The notes beneath the pieces are model-generated. The model worked only from the letters and a program-made list of their open reading frames with translations. It was not told the DNA's origin and made no database searches. A stretch of 62,522 nt of DNA from a virus (lineage: Duplodnaviria > Caudoviricetes): the IMG/VR virus record IMGVR_UViG_3300032236_001596, positions 1 to 62,522 of that record; one strand, 5' to 3'. Both the position numbers and the translations under genes were made by a program. Positions 19,975 through 29,619 of this stretch are shown one piece after another; positions within the stretch are counted from its first letter, which is position 1, and every line of letters begins with the position of its first letter.

Positions 19975-20898
19975 ATGGAAGAAAATCTATTATTATTAAA
20001 TTTTTTAGAAAATAATTTAGGTAAAGCTAAAAAAACAGCTAACCATAATTATGCTTTTATGTGTCCTAATAATTGTCATCCAACTAAACCTAAACTAGAA
20101 ATAAATCTATCAACACATAAATACCAATGTTGGGTTTGTGGAGGACAAAAAGAGGGACTTAAAGGTCAAAACATAGTAAAAATCTTTAAAAAAATAGGAC
20201 TTAGTTCTCATAAACTTTCTGAGTTAAAAAAATTACTAGGATCTTCTTCTATTTTAGAAAATATAGTATCTAATAATGAAGTTGAGTTGCCTAAAGAATT
20301 TATTTCATTATCTACAACACATAAAAATAAGGCATATAATTATATTATTTCTAGAGGTTTAACTAAAGATGATATAATAAAATATAATATTGGTTATTGT
20401 GAAAGTGGTGTTTATGCCAATATGATAATAATACCATCATATGATTGTAACGGTAAACTTAATTATTTTACCGCGAGATCTCTTGATGAGAATGCTTTTA
20501 ATAAATATCGTAATCCAAATATACCTCGCGATATTATACCGTTTGAATTGTATGTAAATTGGAATTTACCTATAATATTGTGTGAAGGACCATTTGATGC
20601 TATGGCTATTAAACGTAATGCTATCCCATTATTTGGAAAAAATATCCAACCGAGCTTAATGAAAAAAATCATTACTTCAGCTGTAAAAAAAATATATATA
20701 GCTTTGGATTCAGATGCTATGAAAAAAGCTGTAAAGTTTGCTGAAGAATTTAAAGATGAAGGTAAAGAAGTATATCTTGTAAACTTAAATTCTAAAGATC
20801 CAAGTGAACTTGGCTTTTTTAACTTTACAGAATTAATACAACAAGTTAAACCATTAACATCATATAACCTACTTGAAACCAAACTATCATTAATATGA
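19975..20898 (+). CDS. dnaG: DNA primase (Zn-binding plus TOPRIM)
   Basis: CP..CH...CWVC zinc motif; LCEGPFDAM; ALDSDA; KDPSE. Confidence 0.9.
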   Translation: MEENLLLLNFLENNLGKAKKTANHNYAFMCPNNCHPTKPKLEINLSTHKYQCWVCGGQKEGLKGQNIVKIFKKIGLSSHKLSELKKLLGSSSILENIVSNNEVELPKEFISLSTTHKNKAYNYIISRGLTKDDIIKYNIGYCESGVYANMIIIPSYDCNGKLNYFTARSLDENAFNKYRNPNIPRDIIPFELYVNWNLPIILCEGPFDAMAIKRNAIPLFGKNIQPSLMKKIITSAVKKIYIALDSDAMKKAVKFAEEFKDEGKEVYLVNLNSKDPSELGFFNFTELIQQVKPLTSYNLLETKLSLI

Positions 20899-21647
20899 GT
20901 AAACCTCAAAGAATATTAGAAATATCAGAAGACCACGCTAAGATAACCTTACCAGACTCAAGATATTATAAAAGAAATGGAAAATATTATCCATCTGTAA
21001 CATATATATTGCAACTGTATCCTAAAGGACCAATATTTGAAGATTGGCTTAAAAAAGTAGGGTATGCTTCTGAATATATAGTTAAAAAAGCAAGCGAAGA
21101 TGGCACTCAAGTTCATAATATGATTGAGTCTTATTTAAATGGAACTGAATTGAAGTTTTTGTCTTCTAAAGGAGAACCACAATATGATCCTGAAATATGG
21201 CAAATGTTTTTAAAATTTGTAGAATTTTGGGAAACACATAAACCAACATTATTAGAAACTGAAGTACATTTATTTTCAGATGAACTTAAAGTAGCAGGCA
21301 CCTGTGATATGATTTGCAAAATTGATGATGAATTGTGGGTAATCGATTTTAAAACATCAAATAGTCTTCACACATCATATGATTTACAAACAGCCTTTTA
21401 TGGAAAAGCATATGAAGAATGTTTTGGAGCCTTACCTACTAGATATGGAATCCTATGGCTTAAATCTCTTAAACGTGGTCCTAAAGCAGGTAAAATACAA
21501 GGAAAAGGATGGGAATTATATGAATCTGAACGTTCATATGAAGAAAATTTGAATTTATTTAAAACTATAAAAACTATATTTGATATAGAGAACCCAAAAG
21601 CTGAACCATCTTTTACCGAATTTAGAACTACAGCTAAAATACAATAA
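20895..21647 (+). CDS. PD-(D/E)XK exonuclease (Cas4/lambda-exonuclease-like)
   Basis: YPSVTYIL, GTQVH, AGTCD, IDFKTS and QTAFY motifs. Confidence 0.85.
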   Translation: MSKPQRILEISEDHAKITLPDSRYYKRNGKYYPSVTYILQLYPKGPIFEDWLKKVGYASEYIVKKASEDGTQVHNMIESYLNGTELKFLSSKGEPQYDPEIWQMFLKFVEFWETHKPTLLETEVHLFSDELKVAGTCDMICKIDDELWVIDFKTSNSLHTSYDLQTAFYGKAYEECFGALPTRYGILWLKSLKRGPKAGKIQGKGWELYESERSYEENLNLFKTIKTIFDIENPKAEPSFTEFRTTAKIQ

Positions 21648-21680
21648 TAATTATATTCAATCTTTAACATATTTATCACC

Positions 21681-23228
21681 ATGAAAGAACATTTTGGATA
21701 TAGAGCAGGTGTTTTCAATCCTTCAGAGCCTGCAGAAACATTAAAAGATAAAGGAATAGGTTTAGTTAGCTCTAAAATAGGTCTTTTAGGTACCGGTTAT
21801 TATTTTATGGGTAATAAAGAAGATGCTATTGCTCTTAAAAATAAACTAAAATATAAAACCTTATCTGAAATAGATCTATCAAAATATAAATTATACAAAC
21901 CATCAGATGCTACTGAATTTTATGATTCTATCAGAGATGTTACATTTTACTTAAACAATCTTACTGCTAATGATGTTGAAGATCCTGAAGTAAAAGAAAA
22001 TATTGAAGATGCTATAGATGCTTTTTCTGAGTATTTTAATATGAGTAAAGAAACCGTCTCAGACATATTTCAAGAATATATATCAGATATTATCAATAGA
22101 CGAAATGGAAATCTCTTATCAAATAGATTATTATCTAGATATGATGGTATAGATTTAACTCATACTATATATGACGATTTTGGTGCTGGGTCTCTTATAT
22201 TTAATGGAAAATTGAAACAAGGAACATACGGAGTAATAGAAGGAGAATCAAATGAAACTCTATCTGAAGCTAAACAAGTAGGTATAATATATCATTATAC
22301 TTTATTTGATTATATGCAAAATATAGTACATGAAAATTTATTAAGATCTGAAAATATTACTAATAAAGACAAAATTATATCATTTACTCGTAACAAGAAT
22401 TTCCATAAATACCAAAGAAAAATTATGGGAACTCAATGTAGACTTGTAATAGATGGAAACAAGCTATCAGAAAAATACAAAATTAACCCAGTTGCAGATA
22501 CTGGTTTCCGCAGATATGGTGGATCTACTGAATCTGAAGAAAGAATAGTTAACGATACTGGTGTGAAAGATATAGACAAATATGTTATATATTATGATTT
22601 ATTTTTAAATGAAATTAAAGATAAGCATGATAAAAAAATATTAGATAGTTTAATAGATGAATTAAAATCTAAAGGTCTAGAATCTAAAATTAGATATTTC
22701 TATAATAATAAAGAAATAACATATGAACACGCTAAAGAATTACTAGCAAAAGGTGTAAAATCTATAAAAGAAGTAAAAGATATTGATATTATTTCTGAAA
22801 TCCAAGCCCTAGAAGATACTAAAAAAATAGATAATCTTAAAAAGATGTTTACAGCGTTATCTAGACTTATGATAAATAAAGGAATGAATATTGAACCATT
22901 ACCTAAAATAATAACTATAAATCATGATGAAGAAAACGCCAATAATTTATTAGGTAGAACAGGTCATTATGATCCCGATAAAAAGGAAATAACCATTTTT
23001 ACTATGGGAAGACATATTATAGATTGTACTAAAACTTTTTGTCATGAAATGATCCATCATGAACAAAATTTAGAAGGTAGATTGGATGATGTAGATACTG
23101 AAGATGTAAATCAAAGTGATTATCTTAAATTGATTGAAGAAGAAGCATATTTAAGAAGTCAAATTATATACCGTGAGTGGGTCGATACTTTAAGAGAAGC
23201 TGAAAAAAATTATAGTTATGAGCAATGA
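21681..23228 (+). CDS. modular protein: two ADP-ribosyltransferase-like modules plus HExxH zincin
   Basis: Module 1 YRAG..GLLGTGYYF..YDGI; module 2 IYHYT..ISFTR..ESEER; module 3 HEMIHHEQ..EEEAY. Confidence 0.55.
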   Translation: MKEHFGYRAGVFNPSEPAETLKDKGIGLVSSKIGLLGTGYYFMGNKEDAIALKNKLKYKTLSEIDLSKYKLYKPSDATEFYDSIRDVTFYLNNLTANDVEDPEVKENIEDAIDAFSEYFNMSKETVSDIFQEYISDIINRRNGNLLSNRLLSRYDGIDLTHTIYDDFGAGSLIFNGKLKQGTYGVIEGESNETLSEAKQVGIIYHYTLFDYMQNIVHENLLRSENITNKDKIISFTRNKNFHKYQRKIMGTQCRLVIDGNKLSEKYKINPVADTGFRRYGGSTESEERIVNDTGVKDIDKYVIYYDLFLNEIKDKHDKKILDSLIDELKSKGLESKIRYFYNNKEITYEHAKELLAKGVKSIKEVKDIDIISEIQALEDTKKIDNLKKMFTALSRLMINKGMNIEPLPKIITINHDEENANNLLGRTGHYDPDKKEITIFTMGRHIIDCTKTFCHEMIHHEQNLEGRLDDVDTEDVNQSDYLKLIEEEAYLRSQIIYREWVDTLREAEKNYSYEQ

Positions 23229-23793
23229 AAATGTATTAAAAAAACAATTTGAACAAAAAGATGTTCAACGTCTCCGAAACATTATACAAAAAAAATATGG
23301 AGATAAAATAGCTACAGGAGTAGGTTATACTAAAAAGCAAGAATTCCATAGTGAAGGTGATGTATGGGAAGAAGATGGTTATAAATGGACTATTAAAAAT
23401 GGTATAAAACAGAATATAACTAAACTAGATAAAGCTAAAAAGTTACATATTTTGCCTTTATTCTGCCCATCATGTAATAAAATAATGAATAATCCTTATG
23501 ATAAAGATTATTACAAAATCCATAAAAAATGTTTTAATTGTGTAGCAGAATTTGAAACCGAACTAAGAAGAACAGGTAAATGGGAAGAATACCAAAAAAG
23601 TATTCATAATTCAGAAATAGATAACTACATAACTACTTTTAAAGTATGGGTAGATGAACAACTAAATACATCTAATGATTCTTTCATCTCTGAACAAGGG
23701 GATAAAGAAACATGGATAGGAGGTCCTAATAAAGACCTAATCCTTAACTCAGTTGATGAAACTGTAAAATATTTAGAAGGATTAAAAAAATAA
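23218..23793 (+). CDS. hypothetical protein with a CxxC...CxxC Zn motif
   Basis: FCPSC...CFNC. Confidence 0.65.
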   Translation: MSNENVLKKQFEQKDVQRLRNIIQKKYGDKIATGVGYTKKQEFHSEGDVWEEDGYKWTIKNGIKQNITKLDKAKKLHILPLFCPSCNKIMNNPYDKDYYKIHKKCFNCVAEFETELRRTGKWEEYQKSIHNSEIDNYITTFKVWVDEQLNTSNDSFISEQGDKETWIGGPNKDLILNSVDETVKYLEGLKK

Positions 23794-23830
23794 CATTTTT
23801 CATATTTATTACCATATTTATACATAAAAC

Positions 23831-24058
23831 ATGAGTGATTTTGATATATACCAGTGGAAAGAAAACATGCTTAAAGAAGAAGCAGATACACCACACAAAA
23901 TGGATCCTAAATTGATATTCGCAATACACAAATACCTAAGTGCGAAACTAGATAAAGTTGCTGAAAAAGAAGGAGACAGAATGTCTTATTTTTCACAAGA
24001 ATATCCTACCGCAACTAGTCTTTACTATGATCTTGAAAAAAACCTAAAACATAAATAA
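23831..24058 (+). CDS. hypothetical protein (MLKEE site)
   Basis: ORF after a tandem pair of ATATTTAT motifs. Confidence 0.6.
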   Translation: MSDFDIYQWKENMLKEEADTPHKMDPKLIFAIHKYLSAKLDKVAEKEGDRMSYFSQEYPTATSLYYDLEKNLKHK

Positions 24059-24649
24059 ATGAAAACTAATTATAAACAAATGAATAGACTAGTAAATTTA
24101 ATAACTGAAGGTTGCTCTTGTGGAGAAAATAAGATGACTATGACTTCATTAAAATCTAAAATTCGTGAAGCTATAATTTCTGAACTTGAAAGTGACTATG
24201 ATGATGAAGATTATGAAAAATCATCTAGAGAAATAGAGTATGCAATGGACATGCATAGTGATGAAAAATGCTATATGGCTGCTATGAAAGCTAAAAAATA
24301 TGGTTTAACTCATGAAGAAGCTATTGAAAAATTAAAAAACATGGGCTTGAGTTATAAAGAAGCATGTGACATAGTTTATGATGTTTATGAATTCAAAGGA
24401 GAACCAATATACGAAAAAAAAGATGAATCTTCTGAAGAAGAAGATAAAGATATAGAATTTGAAGATGATGATACAGACCATACTGATTCTAAAACTGAAG
24501 AACTTAGTAAAGAAGAACAAGAACTTCAAATGCATTTAAATAAAGCTCTTGAAGTTTCTCGTAAAATAGGTGATAAAAAATTAGAAAACCAAATAGGAAA
24601 TACAATAACGTTCTTCACTCGTTCTTATGTATCTGACCATAAAGATTAA
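24059..24649 (+). CDS. acidic putative internal head protein
   Basis: LITE and LKSKIREAIISE motifs; E/D-rich linkers. Confidence 0.55.
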   Translation: MKTNYKQMNRLVNLITEGCSCGENKMTMTSLKSKIREAIISELESDYDDEDYEKSSREIEYAMDMHSDEKCYMAAMKAKKYGLTHEEAIEKLKNMGLSYKEACDIVYDVYEFKGEPIYEKKDESSEEEDKDIEFEDDDTDHTDSKTEELSKEEQELQMHLNKALEVSRKIGDKKLENQIGNTITFFTRSYVSDHKD

Positions 24650-24674
24650 TTAATAAAATATAAAAATAAAAATT

Positions 24675-24863
24675 ATGACTAAAGAAATTTTTGAATCAAT
24701 CGAAGCTACTTTTGAAAAACTTAAAAAAGAACACGCTCAAACTACTAAAAAAGCACACAGCGCTGCTCGTAAAACTACAGGATCTCTTAAAAAGCTTTTA
24801 GGTGATTATAAAAAAGCATCTGTAGCTGAAAGTAAAATCAAAACAGCAACCGATGGAAAGTAA
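24675..24863 (+). CDS. histone H1-like (Hc1-type) small basic protein
   Basis: KKAHSAARK...LKKLLGDYKKASVAE resembles Hc1-type proteins. Confidence 0.5.
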   Translation: MTKEIFESIEATFEKLKKEHAQTTKKAHSAARKTTGSLKKLLGDYKKASVAESKIKTATDGK

Positions 24864-24963
24864 ATCAAATTTGAAATCTAAAAAAAGGGGAAGAGCTAAA
24901 AAGCTAAAAGCTAAAAAAGCTAGAAAAACTAAACCTTATAGAGGACAAGGTAGAAATAAATAA
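24853..24963 (+). CDS. 36-aa highly basic peptide MESKSNLKSKKRGRAKKLKAKKARKTKPYRGQGRNK, not in ORF track
   Basis: Translated by hand; overlaps the upstream stop; K/R-rich. Confidence 0.6.
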   Translation: MESKSNLKSKKRGRAKKLKAKKARKTKPYRGQGRNK

Positions 24964-24976
24964 AAAATTTAATACA

Positions 24977-25798
24977 TTGAACTCAAAAGAAATAATAAAG
25001 CAAAAGCAAATATTCCATGGTATGTTGAAAAACAAACGCGGAATGGTTGATAAATATGGAGCTAATGCTGAAAAGGTTGCTTATGGTAAATCAGTAAAAA
25101 TAGCGCAAAAAGAAAATAAAATGAATCATAAACACGACAGCAGACTAAAAGAAATAGTTAAAAAATCATTATCTACCTCTATTAAAGAAAAAACTAAAGA
25201 AGTAGAAGAAAATCTAGGTCATGCCCTTCCAGAAATGGAAACAGAAACTGTAAACACTGTTAAATCCGAATTATATAAACTATATCAAAATGCTATAGCT
25301 TTATATAAATTGATAGAAAAAAATGAAAAAACAGATAAACTACCTAATTTCCCAGCTTGGTGGCAAACCAAAATAGCTTTAGCTAATGATTCTGTAGAAA
25401 GTGCTAAATCATATATTGAATTTAACATTAATGAACCTAAAATAGATACAAAAATCATAGATGCTGCAGATAATGCTACTGTTGATGAAGGCTTACCTAA
25501 AGGATATTTCAAAAAGAGATTTGGCATTGGAGGTGATGAAGAAGAATTAGAAGAAAAACATCTCACACCAGCTGAACTTAAGAAAAAAGAAGAAATTGTT
25601 AAATCAATGAAAAAAACCTTCAAAGGTCCTAAACCTGAAATGTATGCTATTGCAACTAAACAAGCAAAAAGATTAGCAGAAGGTAAACCATGGGATGAAA
25701 TGATTGCTAAGCTTGAAAAGCAAGGTCATTCAAGAAAAGAAGCTGAAAAAATTGCTGGGGCTATCAATGCTGCTTTTGTTGGAAAATATAAAAAATAA
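24977..25798 (+). CDS. modular putative internal head protein (TTG start)
   Basis: Short modules separated by IKE, VDE, LEE and LAE. Confidence 0.6.
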   Translation: MNSKEIIKQKQIFHGMLKNKRGMVDKYGANAEKVAYGKSVKIAQKENKMNHKHDSRLKEIVKKSLSTSIKEKTKEVEENLGHALPEMETETVNTVKSELYKLYQNAIALYKLIEKNEKTDKLPNFPAWWQTKIALANDSVESAKSYIEFNINEPKIDTKIIDAADNATVDEGLPKGYFKKRFGIGGDEEELEEKHLTPAELKKKEEIVKSMKKTFKGPKPEMYAIATKQAKRLAEGKPWDEMIAKLEKQGHSRKEAEKIAGAINAAFVGKYKK

Positions 25799-25800
25799 TA

Positions 25801-26283
25801 ATGAAACTATCTGAGTTAAAAGATAAAATCAAACGATTAGCTAAAAATGTATATAAGAATTACAAACATTCTGAAGCATCAGCAATCCAATATGATGAAC
25901 TAACTAGATTCCCTGAATTAAAAGTAGTAATAGTTGATCTCCTTACTCAAGATTTTGATGCTTTCTTATCATCTATAGATTGGGTAGCTCCACGCCCTAC
26001 TACTTTTCGTATTAATTTAAAAAACGATCAATGTTTTTATTTAATATGGAATTTAAGAAGTTGGGTTGCTCAAGTTGAAGGTAAAAAATACTATTTACTT
26101 AATTTACCTGAAGAAGAAAGAGCTGTCGATGCTATTGCTCGCATATTAAGATATGGCACTAAAGAACAGGCTACACAAGAACTGCCTAGTGATTTCGCTA
26201 AAGAACCAGAAGAAAAACCTAAAAAAATAAAGCCTGAGAAAAAAGAACCAGAAGGTCCTTTAAAACCTCAAACTGAAGTTTAA
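25801..26283 (+). CDS. hypothetical protein (MKLSELKDKIK tag)
   Basis: ORF carrying the shared N-terminal style. Confidence 0.6.
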   Translation: MKLSELKDKIKRLAKNVYKNYKHSEASAIQYDELTRFPELKVVIVDLLTQDFDAFLSSIDWVAPRPTTFRINLKNDQCFYLIWNLRSWVAQVEGKKYYLLNLPEEERAVDAIARILRYGTKEQATQELPSDFAKEPEEKPKKIKPEKKEPEGPLKPQTEV

Positions 26284-26287
26284 AAGG

Positions 26288-26316
26288 TTTGGATATCTAA
26301 GTATCTTTACTATATT
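26288..26316 (+). promoter_or_regulatory. sigma70-type early promoter (TTGGAT-N16-TATATT)
   Basis: Same motif class, one base shorter spacer. Confidence 0.5.
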
Positions 26317-26348
26317 GTATTGTTAGATTTAATAACTTATAAAACGTT

Positions 26349-27095
26349 ATGAAAAAACCAAAAAGATTATTCTTTGACATTGAAACTAGCCCTAACATAG
26401 GAATGTTTTGGTCAGCAGGATATAAAATAAATGTAGATTCTAGCAATATCATAAAAGAAAGAGCTATTATTTGTATATGTTATAAATGGGCTGGAGATAA
26501 AAAAATAAGCTCATTATGTTGGGATGAAAACCAAAATGATAAAAGTTTATTAGAAGCTTTTATTAAAATAGCAAATGAGGCTGATGAAATCATAGGCCAT
26601 AACAGCGATAAATTTGACTTACCTTGGGTAAGAACACGCTGTGCTTATCATAGAATCCCTATGTTTCCCGTATACACAACAGTAGATACCCTAAAACAAT
26701 CCCGCTCCAAATTCAAATTTAACAGTAATAAACTAAATTACATAGCCCAGTTCTTAGGCGTAGGATCTAAAATACATACGGGATATGATTTATGGAAAAG
26801 AATAGTACTGAATAATGATAAAAAGGCTCTAAAAGAGATGATAGAGTACTGTAAGCAAGATGTTAATATTTTAGAACAAGTTTATGAAATATTATCTCAA
26901 TATGTTCCTCATAAAACTCATCATGGTATATTACTAGGAAATGAAGCTCACTCATGTCCTAAATGTGGAAAGAGTGATATGAAATATTCTAAAACAAGAA
27001 TAAGCGCTTTAGGAACTCCAAGAATACAACTTCAATGTCAAGATTGTGGATCTTATCATACTGTATCAAATACTGTATATCAAAATATCGCATAA
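26349..27095 (+). CDS. DEDD 3'-5' exonuclease (RNase H_2/YprB-like) with C-terminal Zn ribbon
   Basis: FFDIETS, HNSDKFDLPW, YCKQDV; CPKC...CQDC. Confidence 0.85.
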   Translation: MKKPKRLFFDIETSPNIGMFWSAGYKINVDSSNIIKERAIICICYKWAGDKKISSLCWDENQNDKSLLEAFIKIANEADEIIGHNSDKFDLPWVRTRCAYHRIPMFPVYTTVDTLKQSRSKFKFNSNKLNYIAQFLGVGSKIHTGYDLWKRIVLNNDKKALKEMIEYCKQDVNILEQVYEILSQYVPHKTHHGILLGNEAHSCPKCGKSDMKYSKTRISALGTPRIQLQCQDCGSYHTVSNTVYQNIA

Positions 27096-27157
27096 TACAT
27101 ATTCTCTATTATTTTTGATATAAAGCGTTAATATGTATACTCAAACAAACAACATTT

Positions 27158-27706
27158 ATGGAAAATAATAGATTAAAAAGAATAATTATTGAAGCTGTCC
27201 GTCAAATACTATCTGAAAAAGAAATTACGGACCCTGAATTACAAACCCAAATTAAAGAATTTGCAGAACTATCTAACCAGATAGATAGAATCACAAATGA
27301 ACTTAAAAAATTAAAAGATAAATATGATTCTATAGAATCAATATTAACTCCTATATTAGATGAACTAGCCGAAACTAATGATAAAGCCTTAGAAGTAGAA
27401 GACATCTTAGTTACTATAAAGAAAAAAGGTTTTGAACGCACATCATATGCTTATAAAGAAGCATTTGAATGGCTTAAAACAAAAGTTAACCCAGCCTTAA
27501 GAGCAATAGTAGAAGAAGCTCTTGAAAAAACAAAGAAAACTAGCAAAATAGCTTCATCAATTGCTGTCCAAAAAACATTATCTGAATCCAAAATGACTGG
27601 CATAGTATCAAAACTAAAAGGATATTGGAATAGCTTTTTGAGAGTATTGAATGTAAACAATAAAAAATTATCCAATGCTATCAACAGTTTCAAAGAAAAA
27701 GCTTAA
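27158..27706 (+). CDS. coiled-coil protein with LKRIIIEAVRQILSE tag
   Basis: ORF after ATATGTAT; carries the tag. Confidence 0.6.
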   Translation: MENNRLKRIIIEAVRQILSEKEITDPELQTQIKEFAELSNQIDRITNELKKLKDKYDSIESILTPILDELAETNDKALEVEDILVTIKKKGFERTSYAYKEAFEWLKTKVNPALRAIVEEALEKTKKTSKIASSIAVQKTLSESKMTGIVSKLKGYWNSFLRVLNVNNKKLSNAINSFKEKA

Positions 27707-27869
27707 TCATTTTGAGAAGGTTCTATATAAAAATATTTTAACTTATTGGAGAAATCTTTGCAAAGAAAACATAGATTTTAATTCTGAAAAACATAAGTTA
27801 GTTATAGAACATTTAGGTTTAAATGATGAAGACTATAGTATTTTAAAACAAATATATAAACAACAATAA
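27675..27869 (+). CDS. hypothetical protein
   Basis: Fills the gap and its stop overlaps the next ATG, but it overlaps the upstream gene by 32 nt. Confidence 0.4.
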   Translation: MLSTVSKKKLNHFEKVLYKNILTYWRNLCKENIDFNSEKHKLVIEHLGLNDEDYSILKQIYKQQ

Positions 27870-28852
27870 TGTGTAGCTGCGGATGTGGAACTTGTAATGA
27901 TAAACCTAAAGCACCAATTCTCAATGAGAATGTAGCTCCTTCATCTATATTGTCTGAAGGATTAAAATATCATGTAAAGAATAATAAACCTCTTGTTGAA
28001 CAAACCTACAGAGCAGGATCAACTTCCTACTTCAATTTATGGTCTGAAGCTAGAGCTTTATATTCTCGTGGTATAATAGACGTATCAAATGATGACCTTG
28101 AAATAATATCTGAAACTAATCTCGGCGAATTTGGAATATATGAAGGTATAAAAGTACCTTTAGATTTCCCTATAATACAAGAAGGACTAATTGATCATTC
28201 TCAATATGAATTACAACAAGCTGGACTATTTGGCGCTGATTCTGATTATAATGGTATGATAGGAAAGGCTGTCTTAGAACTTATCAAAACATTTTCCAGC
28301 CAAGGACATAGTGGATTTAGCGCACAATGGGTAAAAGAATTATTTAATAAATTATCTAATTTTGAAAACCTAACCCCAATAACACCTAACCCAGAGGAAT
28401 GGACAAACGTATCAGATATACCTTCTGAACCACTATGGCAGAACAAAAGAAACCCGGCAACATTTTCTAAAGATGGAGGAAAAACTTGGTATAATCTAGA
28501 TGATAAATCTATAAAAGAAAGTATCAAACAAGCTTTAGCACAACATAAACAAATTATATCTGAATCAAAAAAACACCCAGCATTAAATAAGCCTCATCGT
28601 GGTGGTGCTGGTGGGAAAAAATATGTAGTATATGTTAAAGATCCTAAAACAAAACGTATAAAGAAAATTAGTTTTGGTGATTCTGGTGGTTTGAGAGAAA
28701 AAATAAATGATCCTAAAGCAAGACATGCCTTTGCTAAAAGACATAGATGTGGAGAAGGAGAACCTAAAACTAGTGCTAAATATTGGTCATGTAGACTTCC
28801 TCGCTATGCACATCTATTAGGTCTTAAAACTACGTTTAGTGGGTATTGGTAA
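27869..28852 (+). CDS. three-module putative internal head protein
   Basis: Modules bounded by ILNE/LSE, IQE and IKE/IISE; C-terminal KKYVVYV..ISFGD..RHRC..SAKYWSC basic module. Confidence 0.65.
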   Translation: MCSCGCGTCNDKPKAPILNENVAPSSILSEGLKYHVKNNKPLVEQTYRAGSTSYFNLWSEARALYSRGIIDVSNDDLEIISETNLGEFGIYEGIKVPLDFPIIQEGLIDHSQYELQQAGLFGADSDYNGMIGKAVLELIKTFSSQGHSGFSAQWVKELFNKLSNFENLTPITPNPEEWTNVSDIPSEPLWQNKRNPATFSKDGGKTWYNLDDKSIKESIKQALAQHKQIISESKKHPALNKPHRGGAGGKKYVVYVKDPKTKRIKKISFGDSGGLREKINDPKARHAFAKRHRCGEGEPKTSAKYWSCRLPRYAHLLGLKTTFSGYW

Positions 28853-28872
28853 TAAATAAAACGAAATAAAAC

Positions 28873-29619
28873 ATGAAATTAATTTACGAAAATAAAGTAT
28901 CACATAAAAACAAACCGCTAGTTTTAGAAAATGTAAAACAAGCTAAACAATATGTTGAGCAGGGAAAATTATCTCAAGAAGATTTTGAAACTTTAGTTAA
29001 AATCGATCCAAGTAAACAGAAAAAATATGTTGGATGGATGGCTAAAATATGGATAAAAGATAAACCTGATATAGATGATCTTAGAAATAAAATAGAAGAG
29101 TTTAATACACTTTTAGAAAAAGGAAAAACCAAAACTAAAGATATTAATAATTTTAAATCATTTTCAGACCTTGAAAATGAAGTAGAAGAAATAAATAAAA
29201 GAGGCGAAGGAATATCTGTAAAAGAATTAGAAAATGACTATGAAACTATAATAGACAACTCAGATATCCTAATAATGTGTCCCCACACTCATGAAGCTTC
29301 TAGAAAATTAGGTTTAACTAAATTCGCTTTTAGAGATTGTGGAGATGGAGGAAAAGACTCAGCATGGTGTACTACATATAAAGCTCCTGATCATTTTAAT
29401 GATTATTACTATAACAATAATGTAACTTTTTATTATATAAAAATAAAATCTGATAAACTATTAGAAAAATTAAAAGAGGAATTTCCTACAAAATGGCAAC
29501 AGCTACAAATAGTTGCATTAGCTGTATTAAAAGATGGTGACATAGATGGATATGATGGTCTTGACAAGCAAATGAGCTCTTCAGATATAAAAAAATATAG
29601 AAGCATAATAGGAATATGA
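28873..29619 (+). CDS. hypothetical protein with a WCT motif (PcfJ-like?)
   Basis: HEASRKLG...SAWCTT...HFNDYY; N-terminal LVLE site. Confidence 0.55.
   Translation: MKLIYENKVSHKNKPLVLENVKQAKQYVEQGKLSQEDFETLVKIDPSKQKKYVGWMAKIWIKDKPDIDDLRNKIEEFNTLLEKGKTKTKDINNFKSFSDLENEVEEINKRGEGISVKELENDYETIIDNSDILIMCPHTHEASRKLGLTKFAFRDCGDGGKDSAWCTTYKAPDHFNDYYYNNNVTFYYIKIKSDKLLEKLKEEFPTKWQQLQIVALAVLKDGDIDGYDGLDKQMSSSDIKKYRSIIGI

Noticed and set aside
20895-21647. Cas4-like nuclease as part of a CRISPR-Cas system
   Set aside because: No array or other cas genes; stand-alone PD-(D/E)XK exonucleases next to primase are common in phages
27675-27706. Programmed frameshift joining the 27158 and 27675 ORFs
   Set aside because: Only an A-rich overlap, common in this genome; no clear slippery site with a stimulatory structure
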